A DNA stretch of 52,332 nucleotides from Peribolospora baueri. Lineage: Eukaryota. Positions 36,301-50,560 of this stretch are shown here, one piece after another; position 1 is the stretch's first letter; each line of letters opens with the position of its first letter. The position numbers and the translations under genes are program-made. Location: positions 124,001-176,332 of the forward strand of contig JAMDHS010000046.1 in the NCBI GenBank assembly GCA_029717555.1, given 5' to 3'. The notes beneath the pieces are model-generated. The model had not been told where the DNA came from. It saw only the letters and a program-made list of their open reading frames with translations, and searched no databases.

Positions 36301-37686
36301 CTACACCAGCCATCCCACGCATTCCCCTTTCCTAAACCATCCGTGTGGTCGTCTTGTTGATCCAGCTTGCGCGGACGTCCTCCTATCCAGGGCCTCTGGC
36401 CACTGCACAATGAAGCGATCTACCAAAGGTCTCAGAAGCCGGCCAGAGAGAGACAGCGACTGAACTCGTGCGAAGGACTCGATGTAGACCACACGCGGGG
36501 AAGGAACACCGAAGAACTGGCAGGAGAGGAGGGGAGAGCGGAGCTTGGAGTTAGAAAGAGCAGTAAAGTGTATCATGGGCCCGGCCCGAAACGTAGAAGA
36601 GAAGGGAAGCTGAAAAGCCCACCCGTAACACATAAGCAGCCATACAAACGCCCACACAGGTGCCTGGACCGTTCAGGAGGATGACCTCTGCGAACAGCCG
36701 CCGCCTTCGCCTAGTTGTAGATCTCCTGGTACCGCTATCATTGTTATCGAGAATTTCTGGAGAGGTCTTGCCATCATAATCCTCAGCTGGTTTGGGTTTA
36801 GCCTCCCGAGGTTGGGACACAAGCAATGGGCGGGCTGCAATGTGCCAGACACAAAACAGAAAGCTGTATGTCAGCGTAAATGGTGCAGTCCACAATGGCT
36901 GATGGACTTTTCGAGCTCGAGGGATGGTGAGCAACGAGTAAGAAGAGGACTTGCAATCGGAAATGTGAAGAGCGAAGGTGTGAAGAACGAAACACGTAAG
37001 CAGAGACTCAAGGGGAGACACGTAGAGTCACACTTTTCGGTCGATGCCTCCGTACGCTGGCTGGAGGTGACACTCACATCCTTGTCTGCGCAGTCATTTC
37101 CAAATCTCCCCATTATCTGTTCCGCCGACCTATCCGGCACGACATTCACACCTTGCGCCTTCTGCCTCTCCAATTCGGCGGCCTTTTGGGCACTGAAAGC
37201 ATCGCCCTCGGAGACAATGTACGTTCGCGGAGTGTAGCGAGAGAAATCGAGAGCTGACAAGAGTAGCAGCATCTCCGTTGTATGTCCGCCTGGATGAAGT
37301 TAGAGTGGAGGATCTTTGTCAATAAGATAAACCTCGTTGCGACGAGTTCCTAGCTTATCTCGCAGCGTGCACTCTCGCATGGAGTTCTTCCGTAAGCTCA
37401 TGCTCGTGCAATACTTCCTGAAGTGCTGTTTTCAACACTCCATACCCACAACAATGGGTCCACATAGTTCACATCCATTGTACCCACCGCTACCCAAAAA
37501 GACGGCGACCGAACATGTGTCCTCTCTGGGTCTCAATCCCTGCAGCCGCCGTTGCCTGTACCTGCCACCGCTTTCGCCGGTCGGAAGGATGGCCAAGAGT
37601 CGCCACGTAAAGAGGGCGGCAAGCAGCCCTAAAGCAGTGATAATGACCCCCACATTGGAAGATCCGAAGCCAAAAAGATGAAGCAT
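36301..37686 (-). CDS. ALG14: UDP-GlcNAc transferase subunit Alg14, spliced
   Basis: N-terminal TM segment, VAVFLGSG|GHTTEM, YTPRTYIVSEGD, IPRARKVHQ, LLNGPGTC, VYIESFARVQSLSLSGRLL..DRFIVQWP. Confidence 0.95.
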
Positions 37687-38151
37687 CGGAGGGGAGGTGG
37701 TATGCAGTAGTAGTGGCGACGCGAAGCCTCCTGCTTGAGTGATCGGTGCGATAGCCGGCCGCAGCCAGCTCGATGGTCGCGGCGCTTGGACGCCCGAAAC
37801 GAAACATGTAGCCACTCGCCATGGATCACCGCCTTCCCCTGCGTGCTCAACAGATGGTCTAGGAAGCAACACACTTAAGCTTGAATCATCGCGGACAGAG
37901 ATGCTTTTGGACTGATCACGTGAGATGTGACCTTATTGGATTAGGATTGAGCGCAGGGTCAAACGAGTTGGATTCACACGGAGTTGACAAGGTGACGAGT
38001 GCACTCGACCTCTCCCACAAACGTGCTGCATTGACGGTAACATCCGAAGGTACATCCTAAGGCCCGCACGCGGCAGCGTAGGCAGTCCCGCATTTCAATT
38101 TCACCCACGTCACTTTTTTGGTCTCAATCGTCATGAGCTCAAGGCGACGGT

Positions 38152-39979
38152 TCATGGCTTCGTGGGCGCTCTTGGTGAGGTGGTGAAGATGCCTTGAGCT
38201 TGGCAAGGCTTCTCCTGGTCGTATCGAAGGTCCTCCAAGCTCCACTTTGCCCGGTGTTCAACGTCCAAGGAATCGAATAGGCCTCGTGCGTATCGCATCT
38301 GTGCCACCCAGCCAATCATCGCCGCGTTCTGAGGATAAAGGACAAAATACAGATAATCAATAAAATTAGTATGGTTCAGTCTACTCGTAGACGTGACAGT
38401 CTTCAAAGCAGGACTTGCTACTTACGTCCGTGCAAAGCTGGACGGGCGGGAACATTAGAGGAAGGTCGGGGAGACCGATGGAATCGAGGCGCTTTCGTAA
38501 TCTAGTGGCAGAGGCGGTAAATAATGCGCCAAGAAAGATGAACAAGGTACAAACTTGTCCCATGGCTATCCTGGATCTATACTCACCTTTCTCTCAAGAA
38601 GGCATTGCTTGCCACGCCGCCGCTGACCACCACTGCCCGGACTTTCCCGGCCCCTCCCTCCTCCTGTATGTCCTTTTTCAGAGCCAGTGCCAATTTTTCC
38701 TCCAATTGTCCAACCGCAGCCCCTTGGAAGCGTCTCGCTACTTCCCTGAGCGCCTCTTCCGTCATACCATCTACGCCGCCGAGCTCGGTGAGGCGCGAAC
38801 GCAAGGCCGACTTGAGACCGGCAAAGGAAAAGGACGGTCGGCCCGGGACTGCAGAGGGAAAGGGCTCGATGATGAGGTCTTTCGCGATTCCTTCTGCCAA
38901 CCTTGATCCGTCGGTTGGTGAAGAACGTGGGGCAGAAGGTAGACGAGCGCCAGCAGCAAAGCGTTCTAAAGCTCTGCCTGGTGTGCCATCGCCGATGGAC
39001 CATGGCAATGCTAGGTCTCTGCATGCTTTGTCAAAGGCGTCCCTACCGAGATGGGAAAGAAGAAGCTTGAGTAACCGGGAGCGGCCCGTTCTGAAGGACG
39101 AAGTGAAGAGCTCACCCTATCGAATCATCCAATGTCGTGGCCAAAACTTTGAAGTCCGCCCAAGACCTGGCGAGGACGAGCATTGTATGTCCTCCAGATA
39201 TCAAAAGCGTTAAGAACGGGAATTCTGGCGGCGTAGGCTCGGTCAGGAGAGGGGTCAGAGCATGGGCTTGCTAGAAAAGAACCCCTATCAATACTCTCAT
39301 CTTTGTTTTCCTCAACCGCTCCAATCCAGTCGTGCGGCAATGGAGGAGCTCACCATGTGATGAACCCCAATCAGAGGCTTGTTCAGCGCTGCCGCAAGGC
39401 TTCTCGCTGCAACAGCACCGACGCTAAGAGAGCTGTTCATCTGGACCAGAATTTGGTATAGAGAGAGGGACGAATGAGCTTAGCTCGAGTGCTTGTTCGT
39501 GGCACGATACCCTACATGCAAAGAACATCCATCTTGCGAGAAGACCGCTCACCCCCGGACCTCTCGTAAAAGCTACGGCGTCCACCTCGGTCATGGCCAA
39601 CCCCGCCTCAGCCAATGCGCTCTTGATAGCCATGGGCATGTTGCGCTGGTGCTTGTGCACCGCATACCAGGGGTGAATGCCTCCCCATTTCTCGTGCACG
39701 TCGTCCTGTCGGACCACTACGTTCGAGAGGACCTCGCGGTTGGAGGATACGACGGAGGCGCAAGTGTCGTCGCACGAGCTGAAGTGGTGCGTAATGAGAA
39801 AACTAAGCCAACTGCATTAGGCTTCCAGCAGACGCAGAGGGCATAACTCACGTTTCCAACGCCAGAATCTTGGTCGACCTCCCGCCTACTCGAGAAGTGG
39901 AAGAAAAAAGTCTTGCTCGCCACGGTCGAGCCCATGCTTGGGGCTGGAAAGCCCGCGCACAGACCGAGGTGGTGTTCAT
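38152..39979 (-). CDS. QRI7: Mitochondrial tRNA N6-threonylcarbamoyltransferase (Qri7/OSGEPL1/TsaD family), spliced
   Basis: Arg-rich presequence (MNTTSVCARAF..RARLFSSTSR), ILALET|SCDDT, HEKWGGIHP, VAFTRGPG, PLIGVHHM, LLISGGHT, FSFAGLKS, VVSGGVASN, NAAMIGW. Confidence 0.92.
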
Positions 39980-40158
39980 GAGATATGTTCACGATGGGAC
40001 GGCGATGAGCGAACCTGGTCGAGAAGAACCCGTCGGTCGATCCCATCTTCGGCTATTCGCGGCCTACGCGTTTCACGACCTCGTGGTATGATAGCCGACG
40101 CCGACGGACAGGCGCGACTTCCACCACCACCTCGTCCAACGTCGGCAGTCCACCAAGC

Positions 40159-42485
40159 ATGTCCTCGCCGCCCTCGGAACCCCAGCCTTTCACCCTCCTT
40201 GTGACCGACTCCGACTCAGGCGACCGAATCGTCTTCCGTGACGAGCTGCCTTCGCCTGCCGCTGCTCCGACCGCTCGCGTTGCCCCCCCACCTCCCTATC
40301 ACGCCTCCAGAGATGCCTTCGGCCGTGCGAGCACCGAGAAGAAGCCGAGACTAAGGCAGACGTGGAGGACGGCGGCACAAGTTAAGGACGACGACGTGAG
40401 AGAGACGTCGACCTCGACGAGGAAGGAGCGCTCGTTTGGATCGGGGGTCATTCTTGGGGAGGACGCCACGAGGAAGGCAAAGCCTGTGCTCGTGAGTGAA
40501 CAGGATTTACACAGAGTCTGCGGATCGTCAGCGCCGAAGTCTTATCTCTTTTCCTTGTAATTCAGGCTCGCAAAGTTGTCGCCTTACTACTCGGTCTCCT
40601 TCTTTTCTTTTACGCCGTCCCCGTTACGAATGTCTTCCGGACGACCCTTTCCAAGACATTCCGTCGGAAGTCCCAAGGCATCAGCAACATAGCGAAAGCG
40701 CCAGACTTCTCCCACCTCGCCGCCCACTGCGCGCATCTTGAGCCTCTCCCTGCTTCCTCGGTCCTCCGCCGCCAGTCCATTCTCGCTGAGGCGTTGCTCA
40801 ACCTCGGAGGTGCGGCTTACGTCGTCGAGCCGGGTCCCAATGCCCTCTACTATGCAAACGTGACGAACGGGGACGGAGGGTGGAGCCTGACTGAACGGCC
40901 TCTCCTTTTCGTCTTTACGCCTGTTGGCGGGGCGACGGTCGGGCGCGAGAACTCCACCACGTCCGAAGTCTCAGGCGTAGCAGCCAAACTCTCGATCATC
41001 ACCCCGTCGTTCGAACTCGCCCGAGCCAAGCTGCTACCGCTCCCGAATGATCTTGACTCAATCACCTTTGTGGAATGGGAGGAAGGCGGAGATCCCTTCC
41101 GTGCTACACTGGAGGCCATCGGTGCCGCGCTCGAGGACGGCTACGTGGGCGACAAGGTTTTCGTTGATGAAGAGGCCAGGAATTTCGTCAGCCACGGGCT
41201 CGAGCAAGCGGCCAAAGGCATGAACGTTAAGGACGAGGGCTCCGGAAGTGTTACAACCACGAAAAGGGAGCCTGACCTTGGGGTGTCAGCTATTCCTCCA
41301 TTCAAAGAGGAAGCACCCTCGTCAGTGTCTCTCGCAGAGCCCCATGGGCAGGAAGTCATGGCGAGACGCTTTGACGTCCTCTTCGTTGACGACAAAATCC
41401 GGCTTCTTCGCGAGAGGAAGACGAAGGAAGAGATTGGCCTCATGAGGTGTGCTGAGGAGGTGAGGCTTCCGACTTCGCTAGCCTTCGCGTATACTTTTGC
41501 CCAGCCGATGATTCACCGACTTCTCTTTCTCTCGTGCGTAGGTCACCCTCTTGGCTGTCCGTTCTGTGCGCTCTCACCTCCACGTTGGCATGCGCGAGTC
41601 GGAGGCAAAGGAGCTTACCAGGCAAGCCCTGACTGCAGCGGGATTAAAGGACCTCGAGCTGCTCGTCATGTTTGGTGGTGCGTGTTCCTGCCTGGGAAGG
41701 CCGCCGTTTTGCCCTCAACTGATGTGCATGGCCACCTGTTTCTTATCTGCGCAGAAAACGCGGCCCTACCTCATGGTTCTGGTACTGACAAGATTTTGCG
41801 GGCAGAGGATTTAATCCTGGTAAGTTTAGCTCTCCTACTAACCGGGCACCACACGAGCTAGAGGTGAATGAGAGGTCTGAACCTTCGATTGATTCTGCTC
41901 ACGGATACGTAGATCGACTGTGGAGGCTCGCTGCACGGCTACAACTCTGATTTGACGCGTACTTTCGCCCTGCCCGAATCTGAGCGCATCCCTGCCGAGC
42001 ACCTTCATATCTGGGACACTGTCCGCGCGGCCCAAAATGCTGCTCTTTCCGTCTCAGTGGAAGGAGCCGCGGCCGGAGAGATCGACCGCGCTGCTCGCGA
42101 AGTCATTCGTTCGGCCGGATACGGAGAATACTTTACCCACAGACTCGGACATGGGATCGGATTGCAGGTCCATGAGGTACCATATCTGGTGAAAGGCAGT
42201 CCTTACAAGCTGGTGACTGGTAACACACGTAAGTCTCGACGGCCCCCGGGCGAGTCCCCAAGGTGTTGATGTCTTTTCTGCCTGCTCTGCTTTGGTCTCT
42301 TAATATTCTGACTCTTTCTTCATAACTCACTTTTCATGAAAGTCTCGAATGAACCCGGCGTCTACATGCTTGGGAAAGTTGGCATCCGTCTGGAGGACAC
42401 TTGGGTTCTTGATCCCGCAGACGGCAAAGGGCATCTTCTCACCGAGGGCGTAGGTGGGGCGGCGCGGAGCCCATGGCACCCTTGA
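40159..42485 (+). CDS. M24B Xaa-Pro dipeptidase/aminopeptidase P-like peptidase with an N-terminal membrane anchor, spliced
   Basis: TM VVALLLGLLLFFYAV, YVVEPGPNALYYAN, LRERKT, ENAALPHG, DCGGSLHGYNSDLTRTF, FTHRLGHGIGLQVHE, SNEPGVY..GIRLED; stop at 42483-85. Confidence 0.9.
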
Positions 42486-42738
42486 TCTACTCAGTAGGCT
42501 TTCAAGGTCGTCCCAATGAGACTTGAGAATGCGTTGTGTTACCTTTTTTTTTTTCCTTCATTTGGCCTTCACGTTGTTCTCCTGATCCATGTGGATATGT
42601 CGGTAACGGACATTTTACGTCACACTGTGAAGATGGTTTCCAGGAGAGACGAAACTACTTAAACCAGATGACCTGAGCCAGACATACGTTTACAAAGTCG
42701 AGCCGCAGAGAATGATTTCGTCTCCTCATCGACTCCTT

Positions 42739-45700
42739 CTACACGGTGGTCGCACGGTCTTCAAAGCATTTTTGCAGAATGCTAACGATCTCGCGCTGGA
42801 GCTCTGCTAGCCACCTCACAAGATCGCTGTCCGAAAGATTTGATGCTTGGTAGCCTTGCTTCAGCTGGTCATGAAGCTGCAAAGGACAGGACGGAAAGCA
42901 GAGATGCTGAACGAAACTGCCGGTGAAGTTTGTTGACGGGCAATAAGGCAGCGCGAAAGCTCACTCTGAGCATGATCTTGCGCCTCTTGACAACTTTACT
43001 GCTTTCTGCTGCCTGAGCTCGTTGTTTCTCCAGACGATTGAGCTCCTCCGACACGCTTTTGGCAATGATGAAGACGTCCCGAGGCAAGCCTGCCAACTTA
43101 GCGAGCTCCAAGCCTGTGCTTAAATTGAATGTCAGCGACGCGTCTGAGAGTCTTAGCAAAAGGCTTGGTCCAGGGCGAAGGCGACTCGCCATACTGTTCC
43201 TCTTTCGAATAGCCCTCGAGAACGCGATGGCTAAAGACCGTGGAGAAATGCTCGGCTTGCTTGTTGACCTGCATAAGTACGTTGGTTAGTTGTAATATCA
43301 AATAAGCTTTTGCAGCAAGCGCGAGCCAGGGATTAAGCTCCTCGACACAATGCACCTGAACATGTAGATGCAGGTTTACCACGCTGGGAAATGCCGCGAG
43401 CGACGTCGTCAACTCTTTGAAGTGTGTGGCGAAGAAGACGAAGGCCTGAAGAAGTAGTGGGTCAATGCATCTAATCTTAAGTATGGAAATAAGAGGTTTT
43501 TAGATATCGCTTACCCTTGACTTGATCAGATCTTCAGCTATGGCATAGCTGATGCCGATTCCCTCGTAAGGCGCAGTTCCTCTGCCCATCTCATCGCAAA
43601 GAACGAGACTGTTTTCGGTAGCGAGCGACAGGATGAATGCTGCTGACCTCATCTCTTGAGCGAAAGTCGACAAATTTTGCTCGATATCGTCATCGTTGGA
43701 CAGACGCGTGAGGATAGCGTCGTGCAGCCTGAAAGACGCGTATTGGGCGGGAACGAACGATCCGACCATGGCCATGACTTGAAGAAGTGCAAGTTGACGA
43801 AGGAAGGTGCTCTTGCCTGTCGTCGTAAGGATTTCAATTAGTTTGGTGTCACTGACCGCTGCACCATAGTATGGCAATGGACTTACCGCTCATGTTCGGG
43901 CCGGTCACAACGTAAAAGCTGGCGTGCTCGGCTGCATACGCGTCGTTCGGTACCACGCTCGCGCCATCAAAACGGTCGAGCAGAGGATGGCGTCCCCCCT
44001 TGATTGCTAGCGTACCCGTGAACTCCGGTCTCACTGCAGCATTCAATTTGCTCCTGTCAGATTGAGCGGTTTGACATAAACTGCTCGGAACCTGTAGTTC
44101 CCACCATAGTCGTGCACCGTGGCTAGATATGCGAAGGAGCCAAGCATGTCCAGGAGGCCTAACCCCTCGGAAACTTGGTAAATTGAGGATATGTGTCCGA
44201 TGACCTCTTGGAGGAGAGCCTCGACGATCCTGTATCGCGATTCAACTCTCTCTGTTTAGTATCTGGACATTCAGTGCAACTCCTACACGATAACTGGCTT
44301 CTAAAGCTCACTGGTCGCTCATCAAAAAGACTTCCATCAAAGAGTCGTCGATTCTTTGGTTGATCTTCTTCTGTACAGCGAAAACGCGGAAAAAAGATGC
44401 CTGATAGGCATATAAAACTCCAGAAGAGAGGCATCGCAAAGACTGGTTACGCACCAGCTCTAAAGTGGTCATATGGATTTTGTTTCTTCCCCTCTTGATT
44501 ACGTTGGTAAATTCCGCAGGCATGTCCCTTATTTTGATGTCATCCGCGGCGAGCACAAGGACGAAGTTGTTATTGACGTAAGTCAGGCTGAGAGGGAGAT
44601 TGTAAACCTCTATAGCCAGCGAAAGTAAAAAAAAATTGCGGTGCTCCAATCGAGTGAGTAACGAGCGCTCGCATATGAACCCTGATGGCTGAATGCTCTC
44701 TCAGAGACAAGGAATGGACTAACCGGTATAGCGCGTGCAAAGGTCGACAGCATCGCTGTAGGAACAAGCGTCGACAACAGCAGATGGCGTCATCTCATCA
44801 GAAGCCTAATAAGTATTTGACTGATCAGCGCGTTGCCTCACCCAACGTTCTCTTTGTACGTTTCCCGTGCGACGTCGAGGAACGGGTTGTGATTTGCTTT
44901 AACTGCGTATATTCGCGCATTCCGAACGGCCAGGGGGCCCTTTTTCATAATCGCCGCATCCTCGTTGATTACGGAATCCACCATTACTGCAATGCTTTCG
45001 ATCTCGGGCTGGTCGGCGATCTACAGTAGGTGGTGGAAGGAGTCAATATGGGGAGTTGACCTGGCGGGTCGCACTGCCATTTACCTTTTTGATGTGCTGA
45101 AGGAGCTCCTCCTGAACGCCTTCCAACGCTTGCTTGACTGGCTTCACAGCGCGCACTGCTGACCGCAGATCGAGCAATTGCCTGATTCGACTTTCCGTTC
45201 TCTCAATGTCGGCTGCTCTTCTATCAAATCGCACAAGAGACGCTGCCAGCTTGTCGAGGTCAATATTGGCCAGTGGACCGAGAGCCTTGCGGATGGCGTC
45301 GAAACGCTCCTGTTCCAAGTCGAACAGTGAGCATGCATGTTACGCAAAGGGAGATCCGCAAGTCTACTTACCTCCGTTTGAAGAAGTTCTATATGGTCGG
45401 AGCAAATGACGCTCGTCAGCGCAGTAAAGTCCGGAGTACCACGTTGAGGCCAGGGGACAAACCTTCCACGACGTCGAGCCTCTTGTTGATGGTCGCACGG
45501 TCTGAAAGAAATGGACGAACACACAAGTGGCCGTCGGCTGATAGAATACTCGGTGACGTACACGACGGACTGGTCTATATTCTCACCAAGCAATGGCTGG
45601 AGGATATTCATGCGCAGCAGACGCTCTCCCATGGGCGTAATGCACTGGTTCAATAAGCCTGAGAGATATGGCAGAAGTGATAGTGCTCATCAAGTCAACG

Positions 45701-46968
45701 ACAGCAGGAGTCGCTGGGTGATGCTACTGTGGAACTCCGTGGTTAAGCTAATTTAATCTCACCGAAGAGCGAGGCCTTTGACTTCTTGTTGATCATGTTG
45801 CCAACAAGTTCCAAATTTCTAGCGCTCTCCGGGTCGATAAACATTGTACCTATAGCCAATGTGAACGGAACGTTTGCATGGTAAGCGAGATCGGAAAACA
45901 GAACGAACTGTCTTGAATTGCCAACGTGCAGCTTCCCGAGAGCGACGCTCACCGCCCGGAGCAACATATTTGATGAGCAGCGATTTGGGTGTGAAGACCA
46001 TGTGATATGCGGTTTCAAGGTACCTGCGAAAGGAAAATTTCAACTGCTAGTCACCATAGCGAGACTTCAACGGCAGCCCAAAGACAAAGACTGTATGCAC
46101 TTGAACAGAGCGGCAAAAGCACTCATGGCGTAGTACTTCGACCTAATTGCGGTCAATGTTGCCGTGCGTTCATCCTCATCCTCAACGACAAGACGGCCAA
46201 CGTATTCGAATCCTAGAAAAGGCGAGATGGAAACGAAGGGAGGAGTGAAGACATGTTCTAAATGGCGGGCTACCGTACGCAGTGGATTGACCATTTTGAT
46301 CATTCCAGTAATCTCTGTTGATCGGCGTGATCTCCGCGTCAGGGAAGCTCTCCGCGATGCATCCCAGTAAGATGGTGCTCTGTGCGCGAGTCGATCCGGG
46401 CGCAGGCTTCTGCATTGGAACAGAGGGAGCGCCTCTGCGCCTAAAGCGATCAGCCATGGCGGAAGAAGCATCACGGAGACTATCGGCACCAAACGAGCTT
46501 GCGGGTAAGAGGATCACGGATGGAGGATGAAGGGAGAGATGGTGAGTTGTGTGGACATATGTCTGAGTGTCTGCAAGCTGCAGTGGGAGGAGCCAAGAAG
46601 AAACGGTAGTATGACCATGCAGCCCATATTTGGAACACTCCGGGCAGCTGTTCATCATAGCGGTTTACCTGCGTCACAAAGCAGGCGCCCGTTTCCCTAT
46701 CCATTCCGGCAATGCCGACCTCGCGACCTATGTCTCTCGCCTCCAGGACGGCAACGATGAAGCCGCCTTGGGCGCCAGTGAACGAGGTAGCCGTGTGGGC
46801 GCGCGAGGTGGACGTCGCGGTCCCGGGACGACAGTTGTCCGCAACGGATGTGCCACTCCTCGAGCGACCGCCGGCAGAAAAGGAGCGTGAAGAAGGCAAT
46901 CCAGGTGTTGAATGCGACATGGAGGCGCAAGGATGGGAATGTCCTGACTTGTAGAGTCTGCTGGCCAT
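42739..46968 (-). CDS. MSH4: Meiotic MutS homolog Msh4, many introns
   Basis: RPGTA N-terminus with no mismatch-binding domain I, IVAVLEARDIGREVG, MFIDPESARNLEL, TPMGERLLRMNILQP, GGRHPLL, VTGPNMS|GKST, STFAQEM, DEMGRGT, FFATHF. Start could be 46968 or 46920. Confidence 0.9.
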
Positions 46969-47143
46969 GGCTCGGATCGCATCGACGTTGTCTCTGGGAC
47001 GAGCGAACCGAGAGGTGGCGCACTGCGGCCCATCACGTGGGGTCTGCCGCAGTCATTTATGATGGATCTTGCGTTTAACTCTCCGCTGACTTCCATGCTC
47101 ACACAACTTTCACACATTGACCTGTCCCAAACAGTAAGGTGCG

Positions 47144-48443
47144 ATGGCAGACAACGATCACATCCAGGCGGACGACGATCACCGCAAGGTTACGCCATGG
47201 GAGAACAAGGTGGAGATTGTGAGTGCAGTGTTAAGGGAAAGTCGAGTTGAAGAGTGGAGGACGCTCGAGAGCAGGGCATTTCCTTTGGAGAATAGAGGCT
47301 GCCGTTTTCAGAGAATGAATCGGCATTTTTGGATCGTCATCGTTATCGTCTTTGACCTCAGGATTGGAAGTCGTCGCGCTTTAACGAGCTTATACGGGCT
47401 TTCTTACCGCTTCATGCTTTCCCGCTTCGTCCCGGCTCTCCTCCCGCCCTTCGCCTCCCGTGCACGCAGCTCAAAGGTGCAGCCCCAGACATGTCCGCCG
47501 CCACGTTCTGCATCTATGCAGAGGACCACACGCTCGGTAATGCATTGCGATGGGCGATCATGAAGGAGTGAGTGAGTGGTTCTGCAGGCTCGCCGAAGAA
47601 GCGAGATAGTCATTGGTGTTTTCAACTTGTGCTTGGCGTGGGGCAATCACGCTTTCGTGCGTCCGTTCTGACATAATTTCCATCCTTGACTCCTTGTCTG
47701 TGCGCTTTCAGTCCGCAAGTCGAATTTTGCGGATACACGTGAGATGCAACTCTCCATCTCGATCCTGACCGTCCATCGATGGAATTGTTTGACGCTGAGT
47801 TGACCGGAAAACGCGAGCCCTTTCGCTGACGCCTTTGCTCTCATTTTGTAGCGTCCCTCACCCTTCCGAGCAAAAGATCCACTTGCGAATACAGATGTAC
47901 GGTAAGTTAGCCAGGGAGCCTTGGCTCGTTTCTTTTTTTCTTTCGCTCAAGCCGGAGTTCCATCCTCGGTGGTTGTGAACTTCCGTCGGTCCTGCGAAAA
48001 CTGACGCCGATGTTCGACATGCCTGCTTGCTCGCTTCCTGGTAACGTCTTTCATCCTTTGCTTAGACAACGCCTCGACGATCGGCTGTCTTTATCGAGCG
48101 CTCGACAATCTCGACGACGTTTGCTCATCCGTCCTGGAAGCCTATAACAATGACTTGGCGCGAGGGGAATACGAGCGATGGGAGGTGAGTTGGACGAATT
48201 TAACTTCTCGTCTTCCCTCAAGGCTGAATGGCGACCTCATATTTGCGATTTTGTCCGCGTTTCCTTCAGGACCCGAAACTCGACCTGGACGCCATCAAAG
48301 CAAGGAAGGCAGGAACCCAGCAAGGGGAAGGTGAAGGGAAGACGGCAGGGACGACGAAGGCAGCACCAGCTACCACGTCTCCAACCGCCTCAACTTCGAC
48401 GGCGCGCAAACCCCGGAAGACTTCCAAGTCACAAAAGGGTTGA
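47144..48443 (+). CDS. RPC19: RNA polymerase I/III shared subunit AC19 (RPAC2), spliced
   Basis: Manually spliced exons: MADNDHIQ..KVEI|LKGAAPDMSAATFCIYAEDHTLGNALRWAIMKD|PQVEFCGYT|VPHPSEQKIHLRIQMY|DNASTIGCLYRALDNL..; EDHTLGNAL and FCGY.VPHP are Rpb11/AC19 signatures. Confidence 0.92.
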
Positions 48444-48632
48444 TATGTATAATATGAGGGCAAGTGATAGGAGTGGGGATGCTCTATTAATACATAGATA
48501 TCGCGTCCGTACGTCGCCGTGATCGGGAAGATTTGACTGCCTGTTTTTCCGTGCTATCAGAGCTCGTCGACTCGTCTCCTTTCCGTTATCTCACTCCTTT
48601 AACACACCTCTCTCTATCCGCCGAACCTCACC

Positions 48633-50285
48633 TCACGCAGCTTGTAAGCGTTGCTGCCCCATGCGCCAAAGCAGGATGCTCTCGAACATGGTCCAACCGA
48701 TCGCAGAGCTGAGTGCTTTGCGGGCCGCTCGAAGAAAGATGCCGTCGAAGAAGGAGAGCGCGCCTGAAGTCTGAGGGTATAAAGGGGTAGGGAATGAAGA
48801 TAAGAGGGAGACGGAGGAGACGCGCCCATTCGAACACCAGCCGACCTCCTTCGGAGACTGACCTTGAGAACGCGAGCGATACTCTGACCAACGGTGCGAT
48901 ACCGATCAGGATCGATCTGCATCCGTGTCTTCAAGATGTCGGCTGGGTGGGTGACGAGCGTAGCTAGGGTCGCTGCGATCATTCCTGTGGGGGACGGGTA
49001 CGGCAAGGGCAGCAAGGGAGAGTTGGGAAAAGGAAAGGGAAAGGAATAGAAACGAATGACCGAGGCCAGCAAGGACATGAGAGACTCGTTTATGTGCTGT
49101 GCCCCGTTCGCTGGTCAACCTTGCTCACCCGAGGAGGAATGTACCATTCCAGTTCCCAAAAGCCCTACGTCGTCTTTGCTCTTTCCAGTCGTCAACCGTC
49201 CTCCACTATGGCGCCCTCCAAAAGCAACCCTCCCCAATCCTTCCTTACAACCTTCGTAAATGGCGAGGTAGATGCCAGCATACGGAGCATCTCGGATGGC
49301 GGTGGGACCGAAGCCCTTGAAGAGGCCTCGGACGCCTTGGGTCGTGTAGATGTGGCGAAGCGTGGAGGAGATGGTAGGGTAGAGATCGCGGCGATGGGTG
49401 GAGGACTAGTAGGATAGAGAGATATTTTATACGGGCGTATAGAAAGAAAAGCGTCAGTCAGGACTAAGCAACGGGCGCCGCGCTAACAGACAATATGCCC
49501 GTCCTCTTCAAAGTGAAGGGAGAACAGAAGCATACAGACGCTATGTGCCCTCACGCACCTCAAACCGCGCCTTGACTATCGTAATCGGACTCAACAAGAA
49601 CCCGACCCATACCCTCGCCACTGCACCCGTGAGTAGATTCCCCGTCGAGGAGAGCTTGGCCATGTGCGAGGTCGTCGCGGTTGAAGACAAGGCGGGTCTA
49701 GATACTCTGTCGGCACTGGACGACATTCCCGGTGGGGACGTGACGACGGACAATACAGGCACCTGCGCCGACGCGAGACGGCCGCGTAGGTCTTGAATGG
49801 TAAAGAAGTAAAGCGCCACCCCGGGAACGTTCCTGGGCGAGGGAATAGAGAGACAACGGTAAGGAAGCGGGGGAGGCATTGAAATGAGGGAGAAGAACGT
49901 CTGCTAAGCACGGATACCAAGTCAAAGCGCGGGACAAACAAAGGGAGCCACCATGGAATGGTTGAATTTACCTCCATACCGTCGGCACAGTGCCTCTCCA
50001 AAGGCCCAGGACGCCGTCGGTTTGAATGACGGCTTTGGCCGTCCTCCAAATCCTTCCCTTTTTCGTGGATGCCGTTTTGATGTCCAATCCCTTCTCTGCC
50101 AGCCCTCCCCTCTCTTTCCCCTTCACGCCACGCTCCTCTGGTCCGTGGCGCTCCTCCTGTTGTAGACGTGTCTTAAGCAGGTCGATGGGCTGTAAAAGAA
50201 CACATGATGCTAGGCCGGAGCAGGCGCCTGATATGAGGTTGAGCTGCGGGGAGGGCCTTGACCGAGATGGACCGGATGTGGCCAT
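48633..50285 (-). CDS. HEM25: Mitochondrial glycine carrier (SLC25A38/Hem25), spliced
   Basis: LLQPIDLLKTRLQQ, GLWRGTVPTVWR|NVPGVALYF, GAVARVWVGFLLSPITIVKARFE, AIRDAPYAGIY, THPADILKTRMQ, FFDGIFLRAARKALSSAIGW. Confidence 0.9.
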
Positions 50286-50560
50286 GGATGAGAGTGGAGC
50301 GGAGGAACGTGTCCGCGCCGTCCGTCCGAGTTACTCCTGTTTGTCGCTGTCGGTGATGAGGATGAGGAGACGGTCCACCGACGTCGCCACGGCGAGGGGA
50401 CGAGAAGAACAGAAGGAGATGACGTAAGGCTGACCAAGGCCAAGCCACGTGGGCCAGCCATCTAAGCCCCAGCTTGCCATAAATCGTTCCGCTCATCTCG
50501 TACGATCTTGCGATCGGTTCTTTCCCATCCAGCAACGACCGCCTCGAGCCGAGCTGGCAC

